Shown here: positions 9,564 to 20,044 of the stretch, piece after piece | Position numbering within the stretch: the first letter of the stretch is position 1 | How the letters are laid out: each line of letters starts with the position of its first letter | Assembly: GCA_019358935.1 (NCBI GenBank) | Contig: JAHHIK010000020.1 | Coordinates: 1-64,000 of the forward strand | Reading direction: 5' to 3' | Length of the DNA stretch: 64,000 nucleotides | Source: Tolypothrix carrinoi HA7290-LM1 | GTDB lineage: Bacteria; Cyanobacteriota; Cyanobacteriia; Cyanobacteriales; Nostocaceae | Translations under genes and position numbers: made by a program | The notes under the pieces: model-generated | What the model was told of the DNA's origin: nothing | Seen by the model: the letters and a program-made list of their open reading frames with translations, nothing else | Database searches by the model: none

Positions 9564-9866
9564 ATGCAACTTGCCAAAGTTCGCGGCACAGTAGTTAGTA
9601 CACAAAAAGACCCAAGTCTTAGAGGTGTCAAACTACTGTTGTTGCAGTTAATAAATGAAGAAGGACAAATTTTGCCAGAATATGAGGTGGCAGCTGATAG
9701 TGTCGGTGCTGGATTCGATGAGTGGGTGCTTATCAGTCGTGGCAGTGCGGCACGTCAAGTTCTGGGGAACGAACAGCGTCCGGTAGATGCAGCGGTAGTG
9801 GCGATAATTGATACAGTTTACGTTGAAGATCGCCTTGTTTACGGCAAAAAAGACCAATATCGATAG
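9564..9866 (+). CDS. ccmL: Carboxysome vertex pentamer CcmL
   Basis: MQLAKVRGTVVSTQK..VAADSVGAG..RGSAAR. Confidence 0.95.
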   Translation: MQLAKVRGTVVSTQKDPSLRGVKLLLLQLINEEGQILPEYEVAADSVGAGFDEWVLISRGSAARQVLGNEQRPVDAAVVAIIDTVYVEDRLVYGKKDQYR

Positions 9867-9986
9867 TCAAGAGTCAGTGGGAGCGTGGTTAGTAGATAGT
9901 GGTTAGTAGATAGTGGTTAGTAGATAGTGGTTAGTGGTAGGAATTTTTTGTCAACCAACAACGCTCCAACTAACTACCCTTCGGGT

Positions 9987-10076
9987 TCGCCACTTGCTAC
10001 AACGGGGGGAACCCCACGCCAGTCGCCTCAACGGAGGGAACCTCCGCACAGCGCTGGCTCCGCAACGCAGTGGCTC
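9987..10076 (+). mobile_element. 45-nt mini-element nested in another 45-nt mini-element
   Basis: Outer copy 9987-10015 (29 nt) + 10061-10076 (16 nt); inner copy 10016-10060 (45 nt). Confidence 0.8.
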
Positions 10077-10145
10077 ACCAACAACTAACTACGAACAACT
10101 AACTACCAACAAATGACAAAAAGCTTAAGTTAGGAGGAATCCAGA

Positions 10146-12134
10146 ATGGCAGTCCGCAGCACAGCGGCTCCCCCAACCCCGTGGTCAAGAAATTTGGCAG
10201 AGCCAAATATAGATCCAACAGCGTATATCCATCCATTTTCTAACGTTATTGGGGACGTGCGGATTGGTGCGAATGTAATTGTCGCTCCGGGAACTTCAAT
10301 TAGAGCTGATGAAGGTACGCCTTTCAATATCAGTGAGAACACCAATCTTCAAGATGGTGTTGTGATTCACGGGTTAGAGCAAGGCAGAGTAATTGGTGAT
10401 GATGACAATCAATACTCGGTATGGATTGGCAAAAATGCTTCCATTACCCACATGGCTTTAATTCATGGACCTGCATACGTAGGGGACGAGTGCTTTATTG
10501 GTTTTCGCTCCACGGTGTTTAACGCCAGGGTAGGAAATGGTTGCATCGTTATGATGCACGCTTTGATTCAAGATGTAGAAATTCCAGCGGGAAAATATGT
10601 GCCTTCGGGAGCGATAATTACTAACCAGCAGCAAGCCGATCGCTTACCAGATGTGCAAGTTCAGGACAGGGAATTTTCTCATCATGTGGTAGGTATAAAT
10701 CAAGCACTGAGATCGGGTTATCTCTGTGCTGCGGATAACAAATGTATTAAAAACATTCGGAATGAAATGACTAGTTCATATAAAACCAACGGCAGTAATG
10801 GCTACAGCGGCAACGGATCTGTATCTTCTAACTTGAGTTCTGAGACGGTGCAACAAGTGCGGCATCTTTTAGAACAAGGGTATCAAATTGGTACGGAACA
10901 CGTAGATCAAAGGCGGTTCCGTACTGGTTCGTGGGCTAGCTGTAGTCCGATCGCGACTAATTCTACGAGTGAAGCGATCGCTGCCTTAGAAAGCTGTCTA
11001 GCCGAACACAGTGGTGAGTTTGTTCGCCTATTTGGTATTGACCCCAAAGGCAAACGCCGCGTATTAGAAACTATTATCCAAAGACCAGATGGTGTTGTTC
11101 AAAATGGTACAACACCTAAATTAGGTGTAAAAAGTGCTAGTTCTTCCGGTGGTAATAGCTATGGCAGTTCTACATTAAGTGGTGAAGCGATCGAGCAAGT
11201 ACGCCAACTTTTAGCTGGTGGTTACAAAATTGGCATGGAACACGTAGATAAAAGACGGTTCCGTACCGGTTCTTGGCAAAGTTGCACTCCGATTGCTTCG
11301 AGTAATGAAAAAGAAGTAATTTCCGCTTTGGAAGCTTGTGTAGCTTCACACAGCGGCGAGTACGTCCGGTTAGTCGGAATTGAACCAAAAGCCAGAAAGC
11401 GGGTTTTGGAAAGCATTATCCAAAGACCGGATGGTAATGTAGCTGAAGGTAGCGGTAATAAGTTTGTCGCCAATAGCTCTACCTCAAGCTCAAGCAGCAC
11501 TTCGACTAAGGCAAGCACCCGGTTAAGCCCAGAAGTAATAGACCAACTGCGGCAACTAATCAATCAAGGTAGCAAAATCAGCGCCGAACATGTAGACAAG
11601 CGCCGATTCCGTACAGGTTCTTGGTCTAGCTGCGGTCAAATTCAGGGTAATTCAGAAAGAGAAGCGATCGCCGCTTTGGAAGGATACCTTAGAGAATACC
11701 AAGGGGAATATGTGCGCTTAATTGGCATCGAACCAAAAGCGAAAAAACGAGTTTTAGAAAGCATTATCCAAAGACCGGATGACAGTGTAGCACAGCCTAG
11801 CCGTAGCGATAACCAGGTCGTAGCAAGTAGCTCAAGTAGCACTTCTAAAACGTCAAATACAGCGACCAGCACCCGGTTAAGCTCAGAAGTGGTAGACCAA
11901 CTGCGGCAGTTGAGAAATCAAGGTAGCAAAATCAGCGTCGAACACGTAGACCAGCGCCGATTCCGCACCGGTTCTTGGACAAGCGGTGGTCAAATTCAGG
12001 GTAATTCTGAAAGAGAAGCGATCGCCGCTTTAGAAGGATACCTTAGAGAATACCAAGGGGAATATGTACGCTTAATTGGCATTAACCCCAAAGACAAGCG
12101 TCGGGTATTAGAAACAATAATTCAACGCCCGTAA
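10146..12134 (+). CDS. ccmM: CcmM: gamma-CA-like domain plus four RbcS-like domains
   Basis: [21 protein letters not shown] hexapeptide region, four EHVD(Q/K)RRFRTGSW repeats. Confidence 0.96.
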   Translation: MAVRSTAAPPTPWSRNLAEPNIDPTAYIHPFSNVIGDVRIGANVIVAPGTSIRADEGTPFNISENTNLQDGVVIHGLEQGRVIGDDDNQYSVWIGKNASITHMALIHGPAYVGDECFIGFRSTVFNARVGNGCIVMMHALIQDVEIPAGKYVPSGAIITNQQQADRLPDVQVQDREFSHHVVGINQALRSGYLCAADNKCIKNIRNEMTSSYKTNGSNGYSGNGSVSSNLSSETVQQVRHLLEQGYQIGTEHVDQRRFRTGSWASCSPIATNSTSEAIAALESCLAEHSGEFVRLFGIDPKGKRRVLETIIQRPDGVVQNGTTPKLGVKSASSSGGNSYGSSTLSGEAIEQVRQLLAGGYKIGMEHVDKRRFRTGSWQSCTPIASSNEKEVISALEACVASHSGEYVRLVGIEPKARKRVLESIIQRPDGNVAEGSGNKFVANSSTSSSSSTSTKASTRLSPEVIDQLRQLINQGSKISAEHVDKRRFRTGSWSSCGQIQGNSEREAIAALEGYLREYQGEYVRLIGIEPKAKKRVLESIIQRPDDSVAQPSRSDNQVVASSSSSTSKTSNTATSTRLSSEVVDQLRQLRNQGSKISVEHVDQRRFRTGSWTSGGQIQGNSEREAIAALEGYLREYQGEYVRLIGINPKDKRRVLETIIQRP

Positions 12135-12139
12135 TAAAA

Positions 12140-12335
12140 CAGACAAGGAGACAAGGGGACAAGGAGGACAAGGAGGACAAGGGGACAAGGAGGACAAGGA
12201 GGACAAGGGGACAAGGGGACAGGGGGACAAGGGGACAAGGGGACAATTCTTTCTCTCCTTGTCTCCCCATCTCCTTGTCTCCCCATCCCAAGAACTCTCC
12301 CCTCTCCCCACTCCCCCACTCCCCCACTCCACTCA
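12140..12335. repeat. STRR-type arrays (GGACAAGG)n and (CTCCCCA)n
   Basis: Tandem short units between ccmM and ccmN. Confidence 0.9.
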
Positions 12336-12365
12336 CTTTCTCCGGCTTCAAAGGTTACAACTGTT

Positions 12366-13070
12366 ATGTCTGTGCCGCCACTGCGCCTTGGTACCAACTT
12401 AGATTCTCATATTAGTGGCGAGGTGATTGTTCATCCGAGTGCGGTAATCGCACCAGGGGTCATACTCCAAGCGGCTACAAACAGCAAAATCGTCATCGGT
12501 CCTGGTGTCTGTATTGGCATGGGGTCAATTCTTCAAGTCAGTACAGGAATAATAGAAATAGAAGCAGGAGTAAGCCTCGGAGCCGGTTTTTTAATGGTTG
12601 GTGCAGGTAGAATAGGAGTAAATGCTTGCATTGGTTCAGCAACAACAGTTTTTAACTGTTCGGTGGAGCCAGGACAAGTAGTTGCACCCGGTTCAGTTTT
12701 GGGAGACACCACTGTGCGTGCTGCCTTACCTTCGCCAACTGAGATTGACACAAAAGAATTAGAACCATCCACAACTGAACCTGCTTCTGCTAATGTAGAG
12801 TCTCAAAATGGGACTGGAAAAGATAAAAATAATTCCCAAAGTCAGATTCCTTCGCCGACAAATTCGGGGAAAATAGAGTCAAATTCTCAAGAGCATCTTA
12901 TCACTGAGGAATCAGCACTTACCAATCAGGACTCAGAAACCTCTTCCACTGACCCGAACATTTTCGGTACACAAATTTATGGGCAAGGGAGTATACAAAG
13001 GCTGTTGATCACATTGTTTCCACATAGGCAATCATTAAGTGAACCGAAGTCTGACGATCGCTCTGAGTAA
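12366..13070 (+). CDS. ccmN: Carboxysome assembly protein CcmN
   Basis: Hexapeptide N-domain and C-terminal encapsulation peptide IYGQGSIQRLLITLFPHR. Confidence 0.93.
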   Translation: MSVPPLRLGTNLDSHISGEVIVHPSAVIAPGVILQAATNSKIVIGPGVCIGMGSILQVSTGIIEIEAGVSLGAGFLMVGAGRIGVNACIGSATTVFNCSVEPGQVVAPGSVLGDTTVRAALPSPTEIDTKELEPSTTEPASANVESQNGTGKDKNNSQSQIPSPTNSGKIESNSQEHLITEESALTNQDSETSSTDPNIFGTQIYGQGSIQRLLITLFPHRQSLSEPKSDDRSE

Positions 13071-13115
13071 GTGTTAATTGTAAGTTGTCAGAATACGCGA
13101 TTATCTAGGAATCAC

Positions 13116-13886
13116 ATGGAAACATATAATCAACGTGCTAGCACCAGCCAATCCCGTCGTCGAGATAATTTTCAAGACACCGCGTTGGGTTTAGTCTCAA
13201 CCCTCAGCTTTCCAGCGATAGTGGGAACGGCAGATATGATGCTGAAATCGGCTGGAGTCTACTTAGTTGGGTATGAAAAAATCGGTGGCGGTCACTGTAC
13301 TGCGATCGTTCGAGGTAACATCGCTGATGTACGTCTTGCCGTAGAAGCAGGTGTGCAAACCGCTGAACAATTTGGTCAGCTAGTTTCTAGCTTAGTAATT
13401 GCTCGACCTTTCCCCAACTTAGATATAGTGCTTCCCATCGCTAGCCGTCTGAGTCAATTTACTGGAGACGGCTACAGCCGCTTGAGTAATACAGCAATTG
13501 GTTTGGTGGAAACGCGGGGATTTCCGGCATTGGTGGGAGCTGCTGATGCCATGTTGAAAGCCGCTGATGTTCAGTTGGCAGCATATGAAAAAATCGGTGG
13601 GGGTTTGTGTACAGCGATTATTCGCGGCACTGTGGCAAACGTTGCCGTGGCAGTGGAAGCTGGGATGTTTGAGGCAGAACGGATTGGTGAGTTAAACGCT
13701 GTGATGGTGATTCCTCGACCGCTGGATGAATTAGAGCAAACCTTGCCAGTAGCAAGTTGCTGGATAGAAGAACGTCAACCTTTAAGATTGCCAGTGAATA
13801 TCAAGGAAAAGGAACAAGTTGCCGAAGTAGAAATGGTAGGCTTGCCAGATTTAGCTAAACTCCCTGTAAAAATTGTGGAAGAGTAG
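13116..13886 (+). CDS. ccmO: Tandem-BMC shell protein CcmO
   Basis: Two BMC domains (ALGLVSTLSFPAIVGTADMMLK; AIGLVETRGFPALVGAAD); ATG at 13116. Confidence 0.93.
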   Translation: METYNQRASTSQSRRRDNFQDTALGLVSTLSFPAIVGTADMMLKSAGVYLVGYEKIGGGHCTAIVRGNIADVRLAVEAGVQTAEQFGQLVSSLVIARPFPNLDIVLPIASRLSQFTGDGYSRLSNTAIGLVETRGFPALVGAADAMLKAADVQLAAYEKIGGGLCTAIIRGTVANVAVAVEAGMFEAERIGELNAVMVIPRPLDELEQTLPVASCWIEERQPLRLPVNIKEKEQVAEVEMVGLPDLAKLPVKIVEE

Positions 13887-14022
13887 TTATTAGTTAGGAG
13901 TGAGGAGTTAGGAGTTAGGGAATAGTTAGTGGTTAGTGGTTAGTGGTTATTAGTAAATATTAGGAACTAACAAATAACAACTAACAAACAACAACTAACA
14001 AACAACAACTAACAACCAACAA
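13887..14022. repeat. Inverted STRR arrays downstream of ccmO
   Basis: (TTAGTGG/TTAGGAG)n followed by (CTAACAA)n. Confidence 0.85.
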
Positions 14023-14213
14023 TAAATGCCTCAAGTTGAAAAAAACGTTGTACACACCTATGGTGATGATGTTAATAGAACATAAGTTACTACCCCTCGA
14101 AACATACCTTTAAGGTGTGCAACGTTGGCTGAAAGGCATCTTACGCTTTGCTTGTTATTCTGATAATAACTTCTAACTTACATAAAGAAAATACAAATAT
14201 TCTAATAGCAATA

Positions 14214-14229
14214 ATAGAGAATAATCTAT
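14214..14229. promoter_or_regulatory. ATAG-N8-CTAT LysR (NdhR/CcmR-type) box upstream of the regulator gene
   Basis: ATAG AGAATAAT CTAT, ~100 bp upstream of the TTG start. Confidence 0.55.
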
Positions 14230-14332
14230 ATACTATCGTTGATAACTTTTAGGTGGGCGACACTCTATCATTTCGCAGTGTTACGTGATACTAAATTTAT
14301 ATCGACAAATTGCTATTACAGGAGAATTACCC

Positions 14333-15271
14333 TTGAACCAAGCGACGCTGCACCAGTTAAAGGTGTTCGAGGCGGCGGCACGGCATGGTAGCTTTACTCG
14401 CGCCGCAGAAGAACTTTTTCTCACCCAACCGACTGTCTCAATGCAAATCAAACAACTGACAAAATCGGTGGGTTTGCCATTATTTGAGCAAGTAGGTAAG
14501 CGCTTATTTCTAACAGAAGCGGGAAGAGAATTATTTGCAACTTGCCGCCAAATTTTCGAGACAATAGCCCAATTTGAAATGAAAGTTGCAAATTTAAAAG
14601 GGCTAAAACAAGGACAATTACGTTTAGCAGCAATTACAACAGCAAAATATTTTGTACCGCGTTTGTTGGGTCCATTTTGCCAACTTTATCCTGGCATAGA
14701 GATATCTTTGCAAGTAACTAATCACGAACGTATTTTAGAAAGGATGATTAACAATTTGGACGACTTGTATATTATAAGTCAAGTGCCAGATCATCTTGAT
14801 GTGAATTTCCAGCCCTTTTTAGATAATCCTTTAGTAGTTTTTGCACCAGCAAATCATCCGCTAGCTAAGGAAAAAAATATTCCTATAGAACGTCTTGCGA
14901 ATGAACCTTTTATTATGCGAGAACCAGGTTCGGGAACGCGACGTGCTGTGCAAAGTCTTTTTGATGAACATGATATAAAGGTGAAAGTCAAGCTGGAATT
15001 GGGAAGTAATGAGGCAATTAAGCAAGCGATCGCCGGTGGTTTAGGTATTTCTGTTTTATCTCGCCATACCTTAATGCCAAACACACCAGAATTAACTATT
15101 TTGGATGTAGAACACTTCCCCATTAAGCGAACTTGGTACATGGTCTATCCGAATGGCAAACAGCTATCTATCGTTGCTCGTACTTACTTTGAGTATCTAT
15201 TAGAGGCAGCGAATAAGATGGTAGAAAGCAGCATTTCTCCGGTTTATAGCAGTGTTGAGGGAGGTAATTAA
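14333..15271 (+). CDS. cmpR: CbbR-subfamily LysR regulator (CmpR/NdhR-like)
   Basis: QATLHQLKVFEAAARHGSFTRAAEEL, MREPGSGTR, LGSNEAIKQA; TTG at 14333 after AGGAG; downstream of ccmO. Confidence 0.8.
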   Translation: MNQATLHQLKVFEAAARHGSFTRAAEELFLTQPTVSMQIKQLTKSVGLPLFEQVGKRLFLTEAGRELFATCRQIFETIAQFEMKVANLKGLKQGQLRLAAITTAKYFVPRLLGPFCQLYPGIEISLQVTNHERILERMINNLDDLYIISQVPDHLDVNFQPFLDNPLVVFAPANHPLAKEKNIPIERLANEPFIMREPGSGTRRAVQSLFDEHDIKVKVKLELGSNEAIKQAIAGGLGISVLSRHTLMPNTPELTILDVEHFPIKRTWYMVYPNGKQLSIVARTYFEYLLEAANKMVESSISPVYSSVEGGN

Positions 15272-15321
15272 CTTAAAGGAATTGTTATGGGGGTATTGTA
15301 GTTTGGGGTGTAGGAGGACTG

Positions 15322-15429
15322 ATACCGTTTCACTTTAAGGTTGATACAAATAGACCGCACTCTAGCAGGGGGCACATCTTGCAGGGGAAAAGAGAATGAT
15401 GTGTATCACACATGAGCGTGAAATGGTAT
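15322..15429. mobile_element. MITE-like element with imperfect terminal inverted repeats
   Basis: ATACCGTTTCAC..TGATACA versus TGTATCA..GTGAAATGGTAT. Confidence 0.6.
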
Positions 15430-15560
15430 GAAAACCCTTACACCTAACTTCATTTTCTAGAGTTGTCAATTTCATGACCAAATTGCCAAATAACTTGACG
15501 GTTAGACTGTTAATCATTAAAAATTAACCTGCACAAACATTAACTTGGGGAAAACTGACT

Positions 15561-17192
15561 GTGGTTAACCCGGAAACTGACTATGAAACGAAAATAGTAG
15601 ACACCCAGATTAAAGCCGTGACGGTGTACGCTGACAAGGCTTTAGTGTCACGACGCGGTATAGTGTCTTTGACAGGACAAGAACGCTCATTAGTAATTAC
15701 CGCATTACCGATGATAGAAACTGAGTCTGTCAGGGTTAGCGGTGCCGGCTCAGTAGCGGTGCGCTTGTTGGGAGTGAGTAGCGATCGCATTTTCACCACC
15801 GAACCCGTAGCGGAACGTGTAGCACAACTTCATCGGCAAATTCAGCAAATAGAAGCCGAAAAACGTCACCTCCAAGCGCAGGTGGATGCTTTGGCATTAC
15901 AATCTAGTTTTATCGCCGGTTTGCGCGAAAAGACAGAAGATCCATTCGCACAAAGTTTGGCGCGGAAAAATCTCAGTTTGAGTGAAACATTGGATTTCCT
16001 CAACTTTTTGGGTAGCCAATATAGCGAATATGCGATCGCTTCCGGGGAATGCAAAAGCCAACAACAAGAATTAGACAAGCAACTACAAGTACTTTACGCT
16101 TCTTTACAAAAAATCCAAACACCATTACCTAAAGAAAGTGTTAGTTTAATTGTGGCTGTAGAGCCTGCGGGTGCAGGAGAATTTGAGCTAGAGGTTTCTT
16201 ACCTAGTTAATAGCGCTAGTTGGAATCCGCTTTATGACTTGCGGGTTAGCAGTACCAGCGATACTGTACATTTAGGATACCTTGCAGAAATAATCCAAAA
16301 CACTGGCGAAGATTGGATCAACGTTGATATCACTCTTTCTACCGCCAAACCCGGACTAGGTACACTACCGCCTAAACTGCAACCGTGGTATATAGACGTA
16401 CCACGTCCAGCAGCGCAATTAATGACGACACGACGAATACGACAAAGACCTATGTCCATACCTGCGGCTCCGATGGCGATCGCAGGGACGGCTGAGGATA
16501 GCGACAATGAACTAGACAACGCAGAGGAAGATTTAATTGCTGCTGAAACTGTTGTTGCTGAAGTATCCAAAGAAGGAAGCGTAGTTACCTTTAAATTAAG
16601 TGGTGGCGGTAACATTCCCAGTGATGGTTCACCTCATAAAACAACAATTTTCAATGACGATTATCCTTGTAATTTTGATTATATAGCAATGCCGCGCTTA
16701 GTAAGCTTTGCTTATTTGCAAGCTAATGTGAAAAATAGTGCTAACGGTGCAACTTTGTTACCAGGTAAAGCGAATATTTTCCGCGACAATATTTTTGTGG
16801 GAACAACACAATTAGATAATATTGTAGCAGGGCAAGAATTCAAACTTAACTTAGGAATTGACGAAGGTTGGAAAATTGAGCGTGAGTTAGTTGAGCGTCA
16901 AGTAGACAAAAAATTAATTGGCAATCAGCGTCGAATTACTTATAGTTATCGCTTGATAATTACTAACTTACTTAACTCAGAAGCTAATTTAAAATTAACC
17001 GAACAATTGCCAGTTAGTCGCAACGAGCAAATTAAAGTCCGTCTGATTCGCAGTAACCCACAAATTCAACTTGGGGAAATGGGCATTTTAGAATGGATGT
17101 TAACTCTTGCACCCGAAGAGCGAAGAGAGATATATTATCAGTTTACCGTTGAACATCCACCAGAGTTAACAGTTGTGGGGTTGGATATTTAG
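15561..17192 (+). CDS. DUF4140/DUF4139 (MuiA-like) family protein
   Basis: IKAVTVYADKALVSR, ASWNPLYDLR, QNTGEDW..LSTAKP, FKLNLGIDEG. Confidence 0.8.
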   Translation: MVNPETDYETKIVDTQIKAVTVYADKALVSRRGIVSLTGQERSLVITALPMIETESVRVSGAGSVAVRLLGVSSDRIFTTEPVAERVAQLHRQIQQIEAEKRHLQAQVDALALQSSFIAGLREKTEDPFAQSLARKNLSLSETLDFLNFLGSQYSEYAIASGECKSQQQELDKQLQVLYASLQKIQTPLPKESVSLIVAVEPAGAGEFELEVSYLVNSASWNPLYDLRVSSTSDTVHLGYLAEIIQNTGEDWINVDITLSTAKPGLGTLPPKLQPWYIDVPRPAAQLMTTRRIRQRPMSIPAAPMAIAGTAEDSDNELDNAEEDLIAAETVVAEVSKEGSVVTFKLSGGGNIPSDGSPHKTTIFNDDYPCNFDYIAMPRLVSFAYLQANVKNSANGATLLPGKANIFRDNIFVGTTQLDNIVAGQEFKLNLGIDEGWKIERELVERQVDKKLIGNQRRITYSYRLIITNLLNSEANLKLTEQLPVSRNEQIKVRLIRSNPQIQLGEMGILEWMLTLAPEERREIYYQFTVEHPPELTVVGLDI

Positions 17193-17223
17193 TGATATGA
17201 ATGGTGAGTGCGATTCTCAGTTT

Positions 17224-17256
17224 AGAAACCCGACTTCTTAAAGAAGTCGGGTTTCT
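17224..17256. repeat. Palindromic dispersed repeat, possible terminator
   Basis: AGAAACCCGACTTCTT-A-AAGAAGTCGGGTTTCT; relative at ~28256 and a half copy at ~30544. Confidence 0.75.
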
Positions 17257-17412
17257 GGGCATCGGAAATTTTCACAAATAATATACGATTGTTATATATT
17301 AGTAAGCAATTACACTTGTGCAACGCTTCTGCATGAATAGCGATCGCACTCCACCAACAGCAATCCCGCCTCACAACTACGCTAAACTTATACCAGTTAG
17401 ACACTAGCTACT

Positions 17413-18102
17413 ATGTCTGTCGCCAAAGATTTAGAAACGCCAGAAAATGTTATATTTCCTCCAGGGGATTTATATAGTCACGAACCGCCTTTGGAATCTG
17501 ACTTACATCGCCAGCAAATGACGCTGCTAATACAGTGTATTGAGTGGTTGTGGCAAAACCGCAACGATTTCTATGCATCGGGTAATCTCACCGTCTACTA
17601 TAGTTCACGCCAGCCCAAATCAGAAGACCTCAAGGGACCAGATTTTTTTGTCGTGCTGGGAAGCTACCGCGCTGCACGCAAAAGTTGGGTTGTCTGGCAA
17701 GAAGATGGCAAATATCCCAATGTGATTGTAGAACTTCTTTCCGATTTAACAGCGGCGACTGATAAAAATTTAAAAAAACAAATTTATCAAGATATTTTTC
17801 GCACCCCAGATTACTTTTGGTTCGATCCAAATAATTTAGAATTTGCGGGATTTATTTTGGTAGGTGGTGAATATCAACCATTGCAACCCAACCCCCTAGG
17901 CTGGTTGTGGAGTAAACAGCTAGGGTTATATTTGGGAGTGCATGAAGAAAAGTTACGCTTTTTCACTTCTGAAGGACAACTGGTTACAACACCACAAGAA
18001 GAAGCGCAGTCAGAACGTCAGCAGAAAGAATTGGCTCAACAAAAAGTTGAACGCTTGGCGGCAAAACTGCGAGAATTAAATATCGATCCAGACTCTATTT
18101 AA
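17413..18102 (+). CDS. Uma2 family putative endonuclease
   Basis: EPPLESDLH, GPDFFVVLG, KSWVVWQEDGKYPNVIVELLS. Confidence 0.88.
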   Translation: MSVAKDLETPENVIFPPGDLYSHEPPLESDLHRQQMTLLIQCIEWLWQNRNDFYASGNLTVYYSSRQPKSEDLKGPDFFVVLGSYRAARKSWVVWQEDGKYPNVIVELLSDLTAATDKNLKKQIYQDIFRTPDYFWFDPNNLEFAGFILVGGEYQPLQPNPLGWLWSKQLGLYLGVHEEKLRFFTSEGQLVTTPQEEAQSERQQKELAQQKVERLAAKLRELNIDPDSI

Positions 18103-18156
18103 CAAACGCAATATCCTGGCTATTCGTACAGACGTTCCGTTGGAACGTCTCTACTT

Positions 18157-18348
18157 TTAAATATCTTCAGGTAAAATCCATTTTGGCGGTTCCATGAGTT
18201 TTTTCATTCTCGCTGCTTCCGCGATTTCATGCATTTTGTCTAACGAAGTTTCTTGGATGAACTTTGACGTTGATTCTACATGAGATTTTTCATCGTCAAC
18301 TTGATTATTGTCGCTGGTTTGGGAATTATTTACTTTACCCTCTTCCAC
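18157..18348 (-). CDS. Small hypothetical protein (63 aa)
   Basis: GTG at 18348 preceded by GAGGAGGT; no family recognised. Confidence 0.45.
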   Translation of the reverse strand: MEEGKVNNSQTSDNNQVDDEKSHVESTSKFIQETSLDKMHEIAEAARMKKLMEPPKWILPEDI

Positions 18349-18584
18349 GCTGACCTCCTCTAGTATAGATTTTGAGAACGCTAATCTATAGTAATTCCTG
18401 CTTCTAAGCAGAAATACTGGTGTTTCTCTGTATTCTTCAAAATAAATATTAACGTTATGACTGTGCTGTGAGACATTCAATGTAACATTTCTAAAATTTC
18501 AAATCTAAAATTCTCACTGCTACGAAGCACAGCAACGTTTCTAAAATCGAAAATAGATAAAGTATCTGGGTTGAAAAAGCGCTC

Positions 18585-19973
18585 ATGTCGGAATTTGCTA
18601 CAATTGGCACGATCGCGGCGATCGCTACTGCTGTTGTTCCGCAACAGGGTAGTGTGGGAATTGTGCGCTTATCTGGTAATAAAGCTTTGCAAATCGCCCA
18701 AACTCTTTTTCATGCACCTGGGAATCAAGTTTGGGAATCTCACCGCATTCTCTACGGTTACATTCGCCATCCGCTTTCCGCAGCACTGGTGGATGAAGCA
18801 CTCTTGCTGATTATGAAAGCACCCCGGTCTTACACCCGTGAAGATGTGGTAGAATTTCATTGCCACGGGGGAATTATCGCCGTGCAGCAAGTTTTGCAAC
18901 TGTGTTTGGAAAGTGGCGCAAGACTGGCTCAACCGGGAGAATTTACCCTCCGCGCTTTTTTGAATGGGCGACTAGATTTAACTCAAGCTGAGAGTATTGC
19001 TGATTTAGTGGGTGCAAAATCGCCCCAAGCAGCACAAGCAGCATTAGCTGGTTTGCAGGGGAAATTAGCTCATCCGATCCGTCAGTTACGCGCCAACTGC
19101 TTGGATATTTTAGCAGAAATCGAAGCTCGCATCGACTTTGAGGAAGACTTACCTCCGCTGGATGATAAAGCAATCATATCAGAAATTGAGAAAATTACCG
19201 CAGAAATAATTAAGTTATTGGCAACATCAGAAAAAGGCGAACTGCTACGCACAGGTTTAAAAGTGGCGATTGTCGGGCGTCCGAACGTGGGAAAATCGAG
19301 CTTGTTGAATGCATGGAGCCAAAGCGATCGCGCTATTGTTACCGACTTGCCCGGAACCACCCGCGATGTAGTTGAATCGCAGCTAGTTGTCGGTGGAATA
19401 CCCGTGCAAGTGCTGGATACGGCTGGTATTCGCGATACCATTGACCAAGTAGAAAAGATTGGCGTCGAGCGATCGCGTCGTGCTGCAAGTGCGGCTGATT
19501 TAGTATTGCTTACCATCGACGCTTCCGCCGGTTGGACTCAAAGCGATGCGGAAATTTACTTGCAAGTGCAACACCGTCCGTTAATTTTGGTTCTCAATAA
19601 AATCGACCTTGTAGAAACGCATTATATTGCATCTATTGAATATCCGAAAAATATTAGCTTAGTTGTTCAAACCGCAGCAGCTAATAATCAAGGAATTGAT
19701 GCTTTAGAAAAAGCTATTTTAGAGATAGTTAAAACTGGAAAAGTCCAAGCTGCTGATATGGATTTAGCAATTAATCAAAGACAAGCAGCCGCGTTAACAC
19801 AAGCTAAAATATCATTAGAACAAGTGCAAGCGACAATTGCCCAACAATTACCCTTTGATTTTTGGACAATTGACTTGAGAAGTGCAATTTATGCATTAGG
19901 AGAAATCACAGGTGAGGAAGTTACAGAATCAGTTCTCGACCGGATTTTTCATAAGTTTTGCATTGGTAAGTAG
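18585..19973 (+). CDS. mnmE: tRNA modification GTPase MnmE (TrmE)
   Basis: [23 protein letters not shown]-terminal FCIGK. Confidence 0.97.
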   Translation: MSEFATIGTIAAIATAVVPQQGSVGIVRLSGNKALQIAQTLFHAPGNQVWESHRILYGYIRHPLSAALVDEALLLIMKAPRSYTREDVVEFHCHGGIIAVQQVLQLCLESGARLAQPGEFTLRAFLNGRLDLTQAESIADLVGAKSPQAAQAALAGLQGKLAHPIRQLRANCLDILAEIEARIDFEEDLPPLDDKAIISEIEKITAEIIKLLATSEKGELLRTGLKVAIVGRPNVGKSSLLNAWSQSDRAIVTDLPGTTRDVVESQLVVGGIPVQVLDTAGIRDTIDQVEKIGVERSRRAASAADLVLLTIDASAGWTQSDAEIYLQVQHRPLILVLNKIDLVETHYIASIEYPKNISLVVQTAAANNQGIDALEKAILEIVKTGKVQAADMDLAINQRQAAALTQAKISLEQVQATIAQQLPFDFWTIDLRSAIYALGEITGEEVTESVLDRIFHKFCIGK

Positions 19974-20044
19974 TGACGACTTTAGTCGTCCTCCGAGTAT
20001 AATAAGAGGACTTTAGTCCTCACTACGAATACTATTTTCACTCA

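Noticed and set aside
12082..12397. Pro/Cys/Gly-rich ORFs here and at 50900-51106, 55897-56121 and 59339-59554
   Set aside because: They are translations of STRR arrays, not credible genes
14278..14291. Possible NtcA site GTG-N8-TAC upstream of the LysR gene
   Set aside because: Deviates from GTA-N8-TAC and could arise by chance
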